Shown in pieces: positions 42,472 to 55,558 of a stretch of 64,000 nt of DNA (position 1 is the stretch's first letter; each line of letters opens with the position of its first letter). Where the stretch lies: the NCBI GenBank assembly GCA_038496445.1, contig JALMLS010000483.1, forward strand, positions 52,446 through 116,445. The letters run 5' to 3'. Source of the stretch: Trichosphaerium sp. ATCC 40318. Taxonomy: Eukaryota; Protista; Tubulinea. The notes under the pieces were generated by a model. The model was not told the origin of the DNA and searched no databases. It saw nothing but the letters and a program-made list of their open reading frames with translations. A program made the position numbers and the translations under genes.

Positions 42472-43961
42472 TTAAACTTCTGAGAGTGCCTCCTGGATCT
42501 CTTCTTGAAGTTTCGCAGCAGCCTCAGCCTCGGTACTACCTTCACCTTCCTTAACTGGCACATCGTCACCAGCATCTCCATCAACTATCTTAGAATCTTC
42601 TTTCATATCATCAGGTATAACTTCAGCAGTCTATAAACTCATTAGATAACAATACAAATAATTTGAGACGTAGTTTCTTTAGAGACATGCCAAACAATAA
42701 CAAAAATAGTTGAGAAAAAAAATGGCAAGTTTCTGCACCTCAGTGCCCACGTGGAACAAAAAAAATTACGGCAAAGGTGCAAATGAACCAGACTAGAGTT
42801 GATTTTGCTAATTGAGTGTTTTTTGATACATTTAAGGCTCAGGAAGAATAAAAAAACGTACTTTTGGTGCTGTTACTGGTTCTGGTTTTTCAGCTACAAT
42901 TGTATGTTTTGGTTTAGAGTCAGGATAAGTTAAATTAACATCATATCTTTGAGCAAGCTGTAGAGGAGTTCCTAGCACGAAATAAGAAAAACTGATCGTC
43001 GACACTTTCAATAAAGGAAAAACTCTTCAAAAAAACAAGTTCTCATACTTGACTGTGCGTCTAGCATATTAATGTCAGCTCCACTATCAACAAGCATCTG
43101 TGCAATCTCTTGGAATTTATACCTAAAACTTACAGTGAGTACAAACGTAACAAATAGTACAAGGACGAAAAGAAAACAATGATCAAGTCCAGGTCCTTCA
43201 AATTTCATCCAAAAATTCAAATCATTTCTCCGTGCGTACCTGCACGCTGTATGTAATGCACTATAACCATCTTGATTTTTATTACTAACTTCACAACCAT
43301 ACTCGATAAGTACTTCAACAATTTCTTTATTGTTGTTCAATGTAGCCAAGTGTAAAGCTTCACAAAAAAAATCGTCAGTTCGAAACGCAAACGTGGAATT
43401 TTTTTTAAAGTGTCAAAATTGTTAAAGTAATTATCATTTGACGCGCCAAGCGCTTTTTAACGATTTCAAGACCGACAGGTCGTCAAAAAATAAAAATGTT
43501 TTTAAAAGGTACGGACCACTGTATTTTCCGTCATCCTCGGCGTCTACGTCTGCGCCATGTTGTAATAGAGATCTAACAATTAAAACGTGATGATCCTCAC
43601 AATCAGCTGTTCCACTAACATGATGTAGCGCTGTGTGGTTCTCCATATCGCGAATATTAACATCTGCGCTTAATTCTGCTTGGTCGAGCAAATAATCAAC
43701 GACAGCCACGCTACCACCCTCAGCAGCTATAATACGTTATGGTTTTGTTAACAGCACGATTAATACCTTTGTGTAATGGAGACCAACCAAGCCACCCAAG
43801 TTTGTTTACGTTGTCTTTTGTAACAAGCGCTTTAACACGCTCTAATAATATTTAAGGCCGTTTAAACGTCTACTGAACGACGTACCTAAATCTCCAGCTT
43901 GGCACGCTGCGCATAACCGTGATATTCCAAATTGTGGTAGATACCCTGTAAGCCACGACAT
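42472..43961 (-). CDS. Ankyrin-repeat protein with acidic C-terminal tail
   Basis: GWSPLHKAAEGG, HTALHHVS, YSALHLAT, GYSALHTAC, RTPLQLA; 6 GT-AG introns. Confidence 0.9.
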
Positions 43962-44028
43962 GGCTGTTGTTTTCTACCTCTAAAGGACTTTTTTTTGACT
44001 GTCTCTGTTTTGATTGTCACCAAGCGCC

Positions 44029-44663
44029 ATGAGACTCACAAGAATTGCTCTCGCATACAAGCCATTCCCTGAGCGTTATGCAAAGAAGACAACGCATGTT
44101 AGCGTCAAAAGATTATCAGAGGTAGAATCAACACTAAAATACCCGTTAAAGCAACTTCCTGTATCAGATAAACCATCTAGGTATACTATTCATCATTTAC
44201 GTTTATTTATTCATATTATGCAGAATAACAGCTCCCTTGGGCGGCACAGAACACTTGCCATTCCATATCCAGCGTACAAGGTCAGATAAATTACCAGTAT
44301 ACAAGGACTACAAAGAGGGTGGAGCTAAAGTAATTACCATTCTCAGGAAACATATAGGCGACGAAATCGTAAGTTTTCTCAACAACAATGTGTATAAACC
44401 TCAAAACAACGCGGTATACAGTTAAAAAACGCCACCAACGATCCCCACCATCTTCGCTGAGTTTATTTATGAAAGTTGATTTGTTTGTCAAATCTACAAA
44501 TTTTTTTTTTCTTCTCAACTAATCCACAACGCCGTAGGCTCTCAAGGAGGAATTATCTCGTGTTATGAATGGCGCAGAAGTAAAACAAAAAATAGGCTCT
44601 TTGTATGTCGATGGAGACCACGTCGCACACCTAAGACTATGGCTCAAGCGTCTCGGATTTTAG
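44029..44663 (+). CDS. MRPL49: Mitochondrial ribosomal protein mL49 (Img2)
   Basis: LPFHIQRTRSDKLPVYKDYKEGGAKVITILRKHIGD..LYVDGDHVAHLRLWLKRLGF*. Confidence 0.9.
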
Positions 44664-44752
44664 AAAGCTTGTCGACGTCTCACAAGCGCTCCAATGCTTG
44701 GATTTTCAGACACCTGAAAAAAAAAACCAAAATATTCTTTTCAAGATATTTT

Positions 44753-46645
44753 CTACTCTTCTGCCGTGTTCTCTATCCATGTAATATCACCACCACCCAA
44801 ACACTCGCCATTTGTGTATAGTGCCAAGGTTTGGCCTGGTGCAGTGATCCTCTAGAGGCTATGTAAAAAAAAATACAAAATAAATGGTAAAAATCGAAAA
44901 CTTGGCTCTTTTTTTGATAAGGACCTACGGTCAAATAATTATACGTGCCTGTGGACTATCTAATGTACACACTACAGTTTTTTTATCATCTGATAAGCTC
45001 ACAGTACACCACAAGAGCTCTACGTATTTTTTAAGAATATAACAAGAATTGATTGTAACTTGGGTGTTTTTTTTTTCTTCAAGAATACAATACGTACCTC
45101 CTTGGTGTCTATACTTTGCTTGGCATCTAAACTTTAATTCTTTAGGTTGTCCAGAAAGCCAGACAAATGGGTTCGCAGTAAGTTTTTGTATAAGCATTGC
45201 CGGGTTATCAAATGGGCAGACATACAAAATGTTTGTTTTGTCATTCTTGTTTACTACGTAATACCTTGGACAAAAACACAACGTTAGTAAACTACACCAT
45301 ACTTTGATTTTGATAAAACTTACTTTAAGTGGTCAGCAGATGTTGCATTGGTACTGACACGTTGTCCGAGGGTATAGAAAGGAAGCCCTAATCGCGAAAA
45401 AGGTGTTTGTATTTACGCACATACGTTTTCTTACCTTTATGCTGACCAAGCTCTATCCCTGTTTCTACATCTATTATCTCACCTGGAGATGGTTCTACAT
45501 ATTGTTCTATACGAAGGAATTAAGTACAAGCAACTAAACAGTCAAATAAAAGAATCACCTAAAAATGTTTGGAATTTTCTCTTCCCAATGAAGCAAATAC
45601 CAGTAGAATCACGTCTCTCAGCATTAGTAAGCTTTAATTTTCTCGCTAAATCTCTAACAGACGATTTTTCCATCATGCCGATCTATTACAACAATCAACT
45701 TGACAAGATGTTTGCAAATTTCATGGTTTTTGGTGTTGATGCTTACAGGAAATACCACTTTCTTAAGAGCGTCTCCGTTTATTTGAGATAGGAAATACGT
45801 TTGATCCTTGAATGAATCACGCGCAGTCATTAAATGAGCAATCCCTTGGGGATCTGTTGTTACGTTTGCATAATGACCTAAAAAGATAATAGGTGAATTC
45901 AAAGCCAAGCATTTATATCACCAGATTCCAAGCTTGACGGACTCTACAAGACTTACCAGTTGCTATGTAATCTACACCTACGTTTTTTAGACAGTGATCC
46001 ATGAATCTATAAAGGAATAAGTACGTATGAATCGCGTTGAGACGCTGGTAATCTCACCTGTCAAATTTTATTTCTTTGTTGCATAAAATGTCAGGGTTTG
46101 GAGTTTTTCCATCCTTGTATGCTTCGATACAAGGTGAGAATACATTTGTCCAGTATTCTTGCTCGAAAGAAACCTAATGTCTATTAGGCATTGCTTCGTG
46201 GCAATTCTGTACCCTCGTTAACGGTATTTTAAGGTGTTTTGAAACCGCTTCCGCCCATTTTAGATCTTCTTCAGCTGTGCATACAGTTCCTTCCTCAGCT
46301 TCAGACCAATTGGTCATGTGGACACCTACAGTAATATTTGTATGCGTTCCAGCTGTGTACCGTACGAACCTGTTACGTTCCAACCTTTTGCGATCAGTAA
46401 CGCGGCAGAAACAGCAGAGTCAACACCACCTACGTGTGTCAGAGTGATAGCGTTGCTCTATACTTACCTGACACGCCTATGGCTACTTTGCGGTTATTAC
46501 CCTCAGGAACGAGGTCCAGGACTTCTTTAGGTACGTCAAGGTGAGTTCCAGCATAAAATCGTGTTGTAATTTTTATTTTCACTCGTTTATCGGCTCTAGA
46601 GCACGTAGTCGTTTTCTTGGCTCCTATTGGTAACCCGCGAAGCAT
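44753..46645 (-). CDS. TRMU: Mitochondrial tRNA-specific 2-thiouridylase (MnmA/TRMU/Slm3)
   Basis: [58 protein letters not shown]. About 11 introns; the last is GC-AG (44852-44948). Confidence 0.95.
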
Positions 46646-46766
46646 GTCGATCGTTCGTTCCGTGTATGACACTTAAAGATAGTTTTTTTTTTCAAAGTTT
46701 TTGCCTAACATTTCTGCGGAATTTTGTAGCGAAAACTCATCTCACCTAAAATCAAGCACCACAACG

Positions 46767-48770
46767 ATGAAGACAACTCTCATTCTTCTGGCTATTTGCC
46801 TCGCCTTCACTCTAGGTATACCATAAGAGTAATAGAAATATCTAACGCGAATAGGCTACAAAACCCCAGATTACGTCGTTCAAACTCCAACGGTTCGTTA
46901 GATGAGTTATAAGCATTATTATAACCAAATAAATAGAAAGGAGCAGTCGTACTTGACGAAGTCACAAAACAACTCGTAGATAACTCAGCTCTATCCGCAA
47001 GCAACTTGAATGGATACCTAGCATCCCGACTTGGTTTACCATGGCCTGGTACGGCGCTTTTAGCTTACAACCACAGCCTTTCGGCTTTGACATCGCTTAT
47101 TAATCACTAGGACACAGTGCCGTTGTAGACGAACGCGCTCCAGCATGTTTGGCTATTTGGGTTTCTGGTGTCACTGCGCCATCATCAGCAGCTAAATTTG
47201 ATACACCTTCATACCCTCTTCGCGAAGGTAGCGAAAACGTCAATGTCGCTGATGTTGCCGTCCAACAAGGAGGTTTCGTCTCTGTAGGAGGTGATATGAC
47301 TTGGTCCTTGATGCAAATGGGTCCTCACCCTTATTTTGCAAAGGACAACACAAACGTCCGCATGAGTTTGCGTCAACTTGAAGTGAACGCGTACGTCTTT
47401 TTCTTTTCTCGTCTACTTGTTTTGTTTTTTGCTTATTCCTCGTTTTACAGTGACGGTATGAACTACGAATACGTTGAAGTTGGTGATTCAGGTATTGCTG
47501 TCGGTGTTGAAGACTTTAAAGTTTTGAACTCTGCTGTCCTTGGCGCATCTTTCAATGCTGATCAAGGTGTCCTTACCATTGGAAACCAAGAATTTAGCCT
47601 TTCAGTTCCTGTACGTTCGAGTTCTGTCAACTTTTTTGTCGAAAAAGTTTTTTCTCCTTCAAGTGTTTTCAATTACTCATTTGTTCTTCTCTTAGGCTGA
47701 TGCTGCTTTCGTTGCTGAACTCGCCTATGGATTGAACCTTCCAAAGTTATTAGAGGCTGACTTAAAACAACACACCAGTAAGGTCTTTATTGGCGTTACA
47801 TTCACAGCTGTTGAGGCAGTACGTAATCTTTTTTGAATTGTTCGATTTTTTTTTGTAGCGTATTTTGCCTGTAGTTTGTGTTTATCTAACTTTGATATTT
47901 TAGCTTATCGCTAAATATGGTGCTGATGCTGATATTGTTCGCGTTGCTGAGAAGACTATGTTGAAACTCATCTCACACCTTGCTGAGGAGATTGATGCTA
48001 GCTTTGATGGCTCTATTGCTACTGCTACTATCTTTAAGAATGCTATTGTTCATATTGAAAGCGTACGATATTCTTTTTAAATCCGATTTTGTATTAATTT
48101 GGTGCGTTTAGCAAGTTATCTTGGATGTTGTCCCTGAGGCTCACATACCAGCTACACTCAGTACATCTAGTTTCGAGCTTTACCTTGAAGAAGATGTATG
48201 CGCAACACTAAAAGCATACTTCCCAAAATACGAGGTACGCTTCCACGTGAATACTGTTGTTTTCTTCTTTTTTTTTTTTTCATGTTGGAAAACCGCGCAT
48301 CCTTTTCGGCGTTTTGCATACATTAAAGTAGTAAAACCGGCGTGGGTTGGATGCAAAAGAAAAAATCTAGGATTGGTCATCCCCTCCAGATTGTCTGCTA
48401 GAAGATTTATATTCTGGGAGCATGATTCACCACAACTGCTTTTTTGTTGCTTTTTTTTTTTTTTGAATTCCGTTGACTTGTCTCGTTTCTCATCTTTTCT
48501 TGTTTATAGGTTTCTTGCTTTTATGATGAACTTGGTCATATTGTTGAAGAACGTGCATTTGATTTCACTTTTGAACAAGAGTTCGAGGTTACCAATAATG
48601 GAACAAATGATGACTGGAAAAAAGTTGAAGAAGCTCAACTTGCAATTTGGGGAGCTGTCATTCTTTTCTTTGCCGTTGTTGCTGCCATTTACATGCTTGT
48701 CTATATGGATATTAAGAAGGATACCCTTATTTACGGACAAGATCCTTTACAACAACGTGATGCTTACTAA
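46767..48770 (+). CDS. Type I membrane protein, ATP6AP2/(pro)renin-receptor-like V-ATPase accessory subunit
   Basis: Signal peptide; single C-terminal TM QLAIWGAVILFFAVVAAIYMLVY followed by MDIKKDTLIY, similar to the MDPGxDSIIY tail. Confidence 0.7.
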
Positions 48771-49125
48771 ACTCGATAAAATGCATACGTTTCCACAACT
48801 CAAAATAAAATTGTGATCAACATTTTCAATACTTTTGTTGTTTTCTTCGACCAGTCACTTCATTCAGCTGTCATTCCTATAAAGACTTGTTGTTAGAAAG
48901 GTGTAATTGTAAAAAGAGTTTATAACGCTTGTTTTTGTCTGTCGATGTCTTTGTTGATAAATCCTTTAACCTTGCAGTAGTAGCCCTGGCTTATGTTTTT
49001 ACGAGTATTTGGATAAAGAGGAACGGAACCACGTGAAGGTGTTGCTTGAAGTAGCAATGTTTATCAATGGGAACTTAACAAGCTAAGTCACCACATCGTT
49101 CCAATAATTAGCAAGTAAAACATCA

Positions 49126-50880
49126 ATGCAAAACCTCTCGTTTCCAACTTCGACTCAAGAAGCAATCGAATACTACCAAAATAACTGTGCAGATGTATTT
49201 CAAACTGCTAAAAACAATGAAACACAAGAACAACAGCATAAATTCGAATCTATACTCGCAACAACAATACACAGCGTTTTACACAGTGCCAAGATTAAAA
49301 TGTTCGAAGAATTAGATTTGGCGCTGTCGAACCATGTTAACGCTCTGAATAACGATAAGACTATTATTGTCACTTCGAAGAATGATTCAATGAGGCCTAT
49401 AATATCAGACAAAACAACTCAAGAAATAAAAAGGAAGCAAACAAAAAGGTTCGGGCTCTTTAATCTCGTTCTTTTTTCTGAACAAGAAATAAGTAGGATT
49501 TTTTTTTGATGCTTCTTTCAGACAGAAATTTGTTGGCTTGAAAACACTCACATATTTTAATCACATGTTTTATAACATTTTCGCAAGCCCCCTTTGTTCA
49601 CTTTCTAACATGTATAATGTTGTTGAAACTAACTGGTTTGGTACCCTCGGCAGGCTGACTGATTTGACAAACTCTCTTGTCTTCCTTCCAGTTGAAATAA
49701 TATCTATGATTTTGTGGAACACCAAAGGCCGATCAAGGTTTCATAGTGCACAGTGCTGTACACTACTTCGTGATATCATACACAACATTGTTGGATATGA
49801 TGCTATCCTTATTGGACAGTTAGACCTTTACAAACTTAAGAACTTCAAGGGTATAAGTGCAAACACATATATAAACTACAAAGACCATGGTAAACCTATC
49901 CTATCCCTACTCTCTGGATACAACAACCTCAATCTATCTAACACCAAAGTAACTGATACAGCTCTAGAATATCTAAAAGGTGTACACAGTATAAATTTAG
50001 CATACTGTGATTACATAACTCCACGTGGGATACAGCATCTTTCAGGTGTACATTCTATCAATCTTACAAAAGTATTTGTAGATACACCAGCCTTGAAAGC
50101 ACTTGCAGGAGTTCATAAGATTGATTTACGAGAGAACTACCATTTACCTGTTGCGGGTATTAGTGCACTTGCAGGTGTTCACACTATTATCCTAGATGGT
50201 ACCAATGCTGATGATGATCATATAGCAAAGTTAGGAGGAGTTCACAGCATCGACTTGAGCTATACAAAGGTAACTGATGAAGGACTTAAGTATCTTTCTG
50301 GAGTACACAGTATACGCCTTTGTAGTCTAGATATCAGCAAGAAGGATTAAAGGCCTTGAAAGGTGTTTGCAAGATAGATCTATCTTATTGTGACTCTATT
50401 ACAGACAGTTGTCTCAGAACACTTGCAGGTGTTAGTAAAATTAGTCTGGCTAATTGTCGTAATATCACTGACGAAGGAATAAAAGAACTAGCTGGTGTTC
50501 ATTCTATTGATCTAATGCATACAAGTGTTACTGATATTGGAATAATCGCTCTTGCTGGTGTACATACTATTGTACTTCAATCTACTTCTGTTACAGATAA
50601 AGGCATTAAAACACTCCGAGGAGTACATACCATTGACCTTACAAAAACTGAAGTAACTGATGAAGGTGTTAAAGCACTTGTTGGTGTTTCTCATATCAAT
50701 ATAGAGTGGACTGAAGTTACAGATGATGGGTTAAAAGCACTTGTTGGTATCAAAGGTGTAGTAGCTCATAGATCAAAAGTATCAGAAGATTGCAGGGAGA
50801 CTATGAAGAAGAATGGTGTGAGATTCACAACGTACTTGGAAAGTGAATACCTTGACATGTTTGACTACAATGTGTGTTAA
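49126..50880 (+). CDS. F-box-LRR protein (GVHSIDL type) with a single 1-nt frameshift
   Basis: Exon 1 (49126-49449) joins via a GT-AG intron to SLVFLPVEIISMILW (F-box) and about 14 LRRs. The frame breaks at 50340 (agc aa gaa gga tta). Confidence 0.8.
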
Positions 50881-52051
50881 ACTGTATAAATAGCCTACCA
50901 CCTAATAAACCGTTAATAGCATAAAAAAATGAGAATACTTCTAATGGTCATGTACTATGGAGCAATGTGCTGTAGGAGCAATAAAGTCCACATGGTATCA
51001 ATAATAACAGTTGTGCATTATTTTCTTTTTTTAATATAGGCAACTTTCTGGTCCTTCAATGTACACGTGATATTATTTGTCATCCATTGAGTGGCCTAGT
51101 AGAAGTACATACAATTACTTTTCGACATACTATTGCCATTTTCGAGAACATCATTTTTACGCTAAGTAAATAACAAGGGCTTGTTCTTCGACTTTAGGTT
51201 CTATCAAGTTTATTGTACTTCAACTAACAAACGTAGTTAAACAGGCTGCTAGAGACTAATCAAAACTCAAAAACAAGCAGCAACTGCAAAGATGAACGGA
51301 AGAGCACACAAGAGAAGAGAATGCTACTCGAAAACGGAGCTTGGTTTTCCGCGCACAGTGCTACAAGACCCAGCCAACTGTAGATTCGTAGAATGATATA
51401 TTATTAATAAACAAAGGTTACCCTTGCCTTTTTCACTCAAGACACTTTTTGGCTTTGCAAGCGCTTTATCGCAAGTACCCTAACCGTAACACGTGATATT
51501 TTATATGGTACACCTGCGAATTATCTAGAACTGTAGCCATAAACGAGGTCATTCTGTAGAGAGACCTAGGCGTTCGAGTTGAAATAACAAAGTTCTATTT
51601 ATCATACTTACCCGATTGGTGTCTTCCACCTGAATCAAATCTTGTTGTAGATACAACGTTATTTCGACATTAAGAGTAGGAAAATTTTTACAACTAAACA
51701 CTTCATCTCCTGCGATCCCATCTGGTTCATATTTTTTACAGTGCAAGTAAGAGTTCACTATAATACGCGAGGCATCAGAATATCCACTTCATGATGGTGG
51801 AGATGTTTTAAAATAGGGTGTTCCTCGTGTTCATCGTGTAGTTTCGTGACACTGGGATTCAACGGGCAGTACTCAAGTACGCAAGCATTGGATTAATCGC
51901 AATAGCCTACTTTACAACATTTTCTTGCCGTGTAGTCATGTGCCAGGAGCATTGGCAATTAAGTGAAATCGGGTATTCATCGGACAAACTATCTGGACTA
52001 CAAACAAAAAGTTGACGAGGTATTAATCTAAAAATAAGGATTACACTCACA

Positions 52052-52454
52052 ATGAACACCTTTTCTCCAACGACTATGTTATCACTGACCACTATTTTTG
52101 TTGTCTTGATGTTTGTATGTTCAGTAGCAGGACATGACGAAGAGGAAGAATCATGTGCTGGTAAATGGTGCTCAAAACTCTACAAAAGTACTGACGATGG
52201 CGCTGGAACTTTTTGTGCTGATAGATGGGGTTCATGCCCAGTTACCTCTTATACTGGTGTACGTATACTAGGCAGCAATTTTACAAGCTATGAATTGCAC
52301 TTATAATAGTGATTAGTACATTCGAATTGAAAACAAAAGAAATTGTGGTAGACGATGCAATCAGAGAACACCTAGCGCTGGAAGATGTAACCATTATGAT
52401 GGTGCTATGTGGTCAAAAGGTCTTGCTAAGGTTTCCCGTTATGAATGCAAATAA
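52052..52454 (+). CDS. Small secreted cysteine-rich protein (8 Cys in the mature part)
   Basis: Signal peptide, acidic HDEEEES, then CAGKWC..FC..SC..|YIRIENKRNCGRRCNQ..RC..YECK*; one GT-AG intron. Confidence 0.7.
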
Positions 52455-52852
52455 GCGATATGTATGTTACAGAAGAGGGACCCCAGTGATATTTGTTCTC
52501 AGACAACTATAATAAAGTATCTCTTTTCTATTCCAAACATCATAAAAAACACGTGGAGTTTTTTTCGATTCAAGTACTGTCGTCTATGCTTGTTTTTGTC
52601 GTTGTCATGTGTATACTGCGCTTAGCTAGAGAACTTTTGTTACATTGACAGTATTCGAATGCAGCAGTTTACTGATGCACTTAACTATTGTTGACTATCA
52701 CTTTGGTCTGATAACAAAATTCAAAATGAACAAATCGTTTTCTCAAAGGTCTCAAGAATACATTCATTGAACGGTTTACAGATAACTGGAAATAGTCTAA
52801 TAGACTTAAATGTGCTCATATTATTCAACGTATACAGCAAGCATACCTTTTG

Positions 52853-53771
52853 ATGACTACATTAAATCCGTTAAAGCTTCCTGAGGCAATATACAGTATT
52901 ATAACCTCTTTTTGTCGTCTTTAACAGTTATTTTAGATTTTAGTGATTATATTCCATGGAATGGACAATAAAACAATACAAGCAGCTACCTGTGTTAGTG
53001 TGTATTGGAATATAGTCATATTTGAGTCGAATCTAAGCGTGCCAAAAATAGAAAACACTCATAATGTGAGAAAAACAAAGACTATTGAGCCGTTTGTATT
53101 TGTTCATGTAAAGAACTCCAACGTTGACAGATTACGCTTTCTATGTAATCAATATGGTACCTCTATTGTACGTACTACATAATGAAACTAAAGAGCCATA
53201 AAACCAGCAAGAGAAAATGACAATGACTGTCAAAGTTTAGGCTTTGTTCTTCATATTTTCTTACTAATATTTTTCACACTGCTACTAGCACAATACTCAG
53301 CTATGTGTTTGCAATTATTAAAGCATTGCTGTAGTTTTCTTGTGGCTGTATAGGCGATGCTTGTTGTAGAACGTACTCACACTGTTCTGTTAGATAAACT
53401 GGAAGAAGACAATAATAAAAGAAGAAAGTCATTCAAGATACTATTCCACACAAGAAGCAGAAGAAATTGAAGTATCACCTCTGATACATGAAGCAATAAA
53501 AGAAAAAAATATAGAACTTATACGCTTTCTACTTGCACGTGATTTTTAACTTGGTTTTTCTATGTTCTTTGTAGACGACCTATTGTCTAACAGGGTACTG
53601 TAGGAATCAGGAGTTAATTGTTGTGCGAAAAGAAAATGCTATGTAGAAGTCTGGGGTGATGTAATTATAGATCTGAATGACGACGCCCTTGAGTGGGCTA
53701 AGAAAAGTAAATTTCAACAAGGTATTACTTTGTTGGAAGAACACAATGCAAAGCAGAAACCAAAGTTGTAA
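52853..53771 (+). CDS. F-box + ankyrin-like protein (middle exons uncertain)
   Basis: MTTLNPLKLPE|ILVIIFHGMD..TCVSVYWN (F-box) and PLIHEAIKEKNIELIRFLL|ESGVN (ankyrin). Both joins need GC-AG introns (52886-52936, 53535-53603). Confidence 0.6.
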
Positions 53772-54258
53772 CCTCTAATCCTGGAAGTTAATAAACACAA
53801 AGGAATCATGAAAGAGCACAGAATTATTTGCACATCTCTATAATAAGGTTGAGAACTGCTCCTTTGTTATTAAACCCTTAAACATGGACGTGCCTCAAGA
53901 AATGGAATTTACTATTGTCAAGTCCTCCACGATAGACGAGAGCTTGTGCTACTTTGCAAGCTCTATACCACTAGCACATGCTTATGGAGTACTTTCCGTG
54001 TGCTTAAGAACAGACAGTCATGTGCGTGCTACAAATCGGAGTGGCTGTAATAAAAAAGTCACGTGGCATGAGCTTGTCAGGATGTCCCACAAGACTCATG
54101 GGAACGTCTGACATACAAATAGACAATAGCGGAGTTGGAAATCGCTCTATTGGCTGTAAAAGTTTACGAAGGTCACGACTAAAATAGAATAACAAACGGA
54201 TACTAGCCATAAATATCACAAAAGACTAACACTGCTAAATTGATTTAAAGAGTAGTAT

Positions 54259-54513
54259 ATGCAAATAACAGTTACCACTATTTGGAAAAACAATCACGAT
54301 TGAACTGGAGCATACTGATACCATAGAAAACGTTCACCAAGAAGGTCAAACCTGCCCATTGTTACATTCAAATTGATTCAATTGAGTAACGGCATTTGTA
54401 GGTTTTCCTGTAGATAAACAGAGACTCATTTACGCCTGGAGGATTATAGAACTTTAGCACACTACAAAGTACAAGATGGTTCAATGCTACACCTTGTATT
54501 AAGACTTAAATGA
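54259..54513 (+). pseudogene. Ubiquitin/NEDD8-like pseudogene
   Basis: MQITVTTI[fs]GKTITIELEHTDTIENV HQE|GFPVDKQRLIYA WEDYRTLAHYKVQDGSMLHLVLRLK*. It has a frameshift, two internal deletions and no C-terminal GG, but retains an intron. Confidence 0.8.
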
Positions 54514-54539
54514 TAATAATGTTGTTGATCTATACAAAC

Positions 54540-55206
54540 AATGATTTTCGTAGCAATAGCTATTCTTGATGTAGATTCTGATACACGGTTCAATGCATCC
54601 ATTTGTAAACCATCACAATGCCAAAGCTTAATTGTATTTAATTGCTAAAATTTGTATGTAATGTGTCTATTACCATTCAAAGTGTACACAAATTACATGG
54701 TCTTTGTTACATCATTTAATCCGTTGTTGCAAGGACTCCCATGAATGGACTTTTTTACAATTTGTGCAATTTAGAGAAATGTTTTGGATACTAGCATGTG
54801 ATAGTTGTTTTATATGTGCATTAGTAAGTACATCACAAGATCCAATGTTAATACTCCTTATTTTAAAGTTTGTAAAGTCAACACTCTTTGAAATCTTGTA
54901 TTGTACTTTAAGGCGGTAAGCTCCTTGTAAGTACTCCAAGTGCTTTTGTTTAAGTTTGAATCTTATGATTACGTTGCTTTTTGTTATAAGAGAAGGTGCT
55001 TCTTTGAATAGTTTTTTGAGCTTTACTGTGTTGTAAAGACAAATGTCTTTTCTCTTTTCTTCATAATTCAAGTGATTTATTGCGATATTGGATAGTTGTT
55101 TAGATGTACGTACAACAGAATGCATAGATAATACGGAAACAAACTGTAGAATAATAACAGTTACTTCAGTAGGTATCTTGTCAAAGAATGCGCTGGTTTT
55201 GTTCAT
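54540..55206 (-). pseudogene. Degenerate F-box-LRR paralogue
   Basis: FFDKIPTEVTVIILQFV F-box and LRR-like INIGSCDVLTNAHIKQLSH, then stops and frameshifts. Confidence 0.6.
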
Positions 55207-55558
55207 ATTTGTCTTCGAGAGTATTTTAAAGTGTACAATGATTAGAATGAAGAAAGTGTAGCAGGATTGGGCTAGAGAAGAAACTTTTTGATCTATAAAT
55301 ACGCGTAGCATTCTGCAATGAATGAAGTTGACTTTTTTACGGAGAAACTTCTTCAAGAAAATCTTGCACAGCGATATACTGTCTTATCTCTCATGCACGC
55401 ACTGCAGTACTGCCACTATTAATTCCTTTCTTTTCACCATAGGCTGTTGTGTGTTTCCAGGATATGTACTAATAATAAGGTTTCTCACTTTCGAAGTGAA
55501 AGGATGACTTGCTTACATAATAGTCTTTTGAATTTTGCTTTATTTTCTAAAAGGTGTT

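Noticed and set aside
48121-48816. 231-aa ORF, and the many antisense ORFs in the track
   Set aside because: These are read-through of T-rich introns or shadows of real genes on the opposite strand or in another frame.
27390-54290. Systematic insertional RNA editing or programmed frameshifting
   Set aside because: The few frameshifts share no sequence context, fall mostly in dispensable paralogues, and are absent from essential genes.
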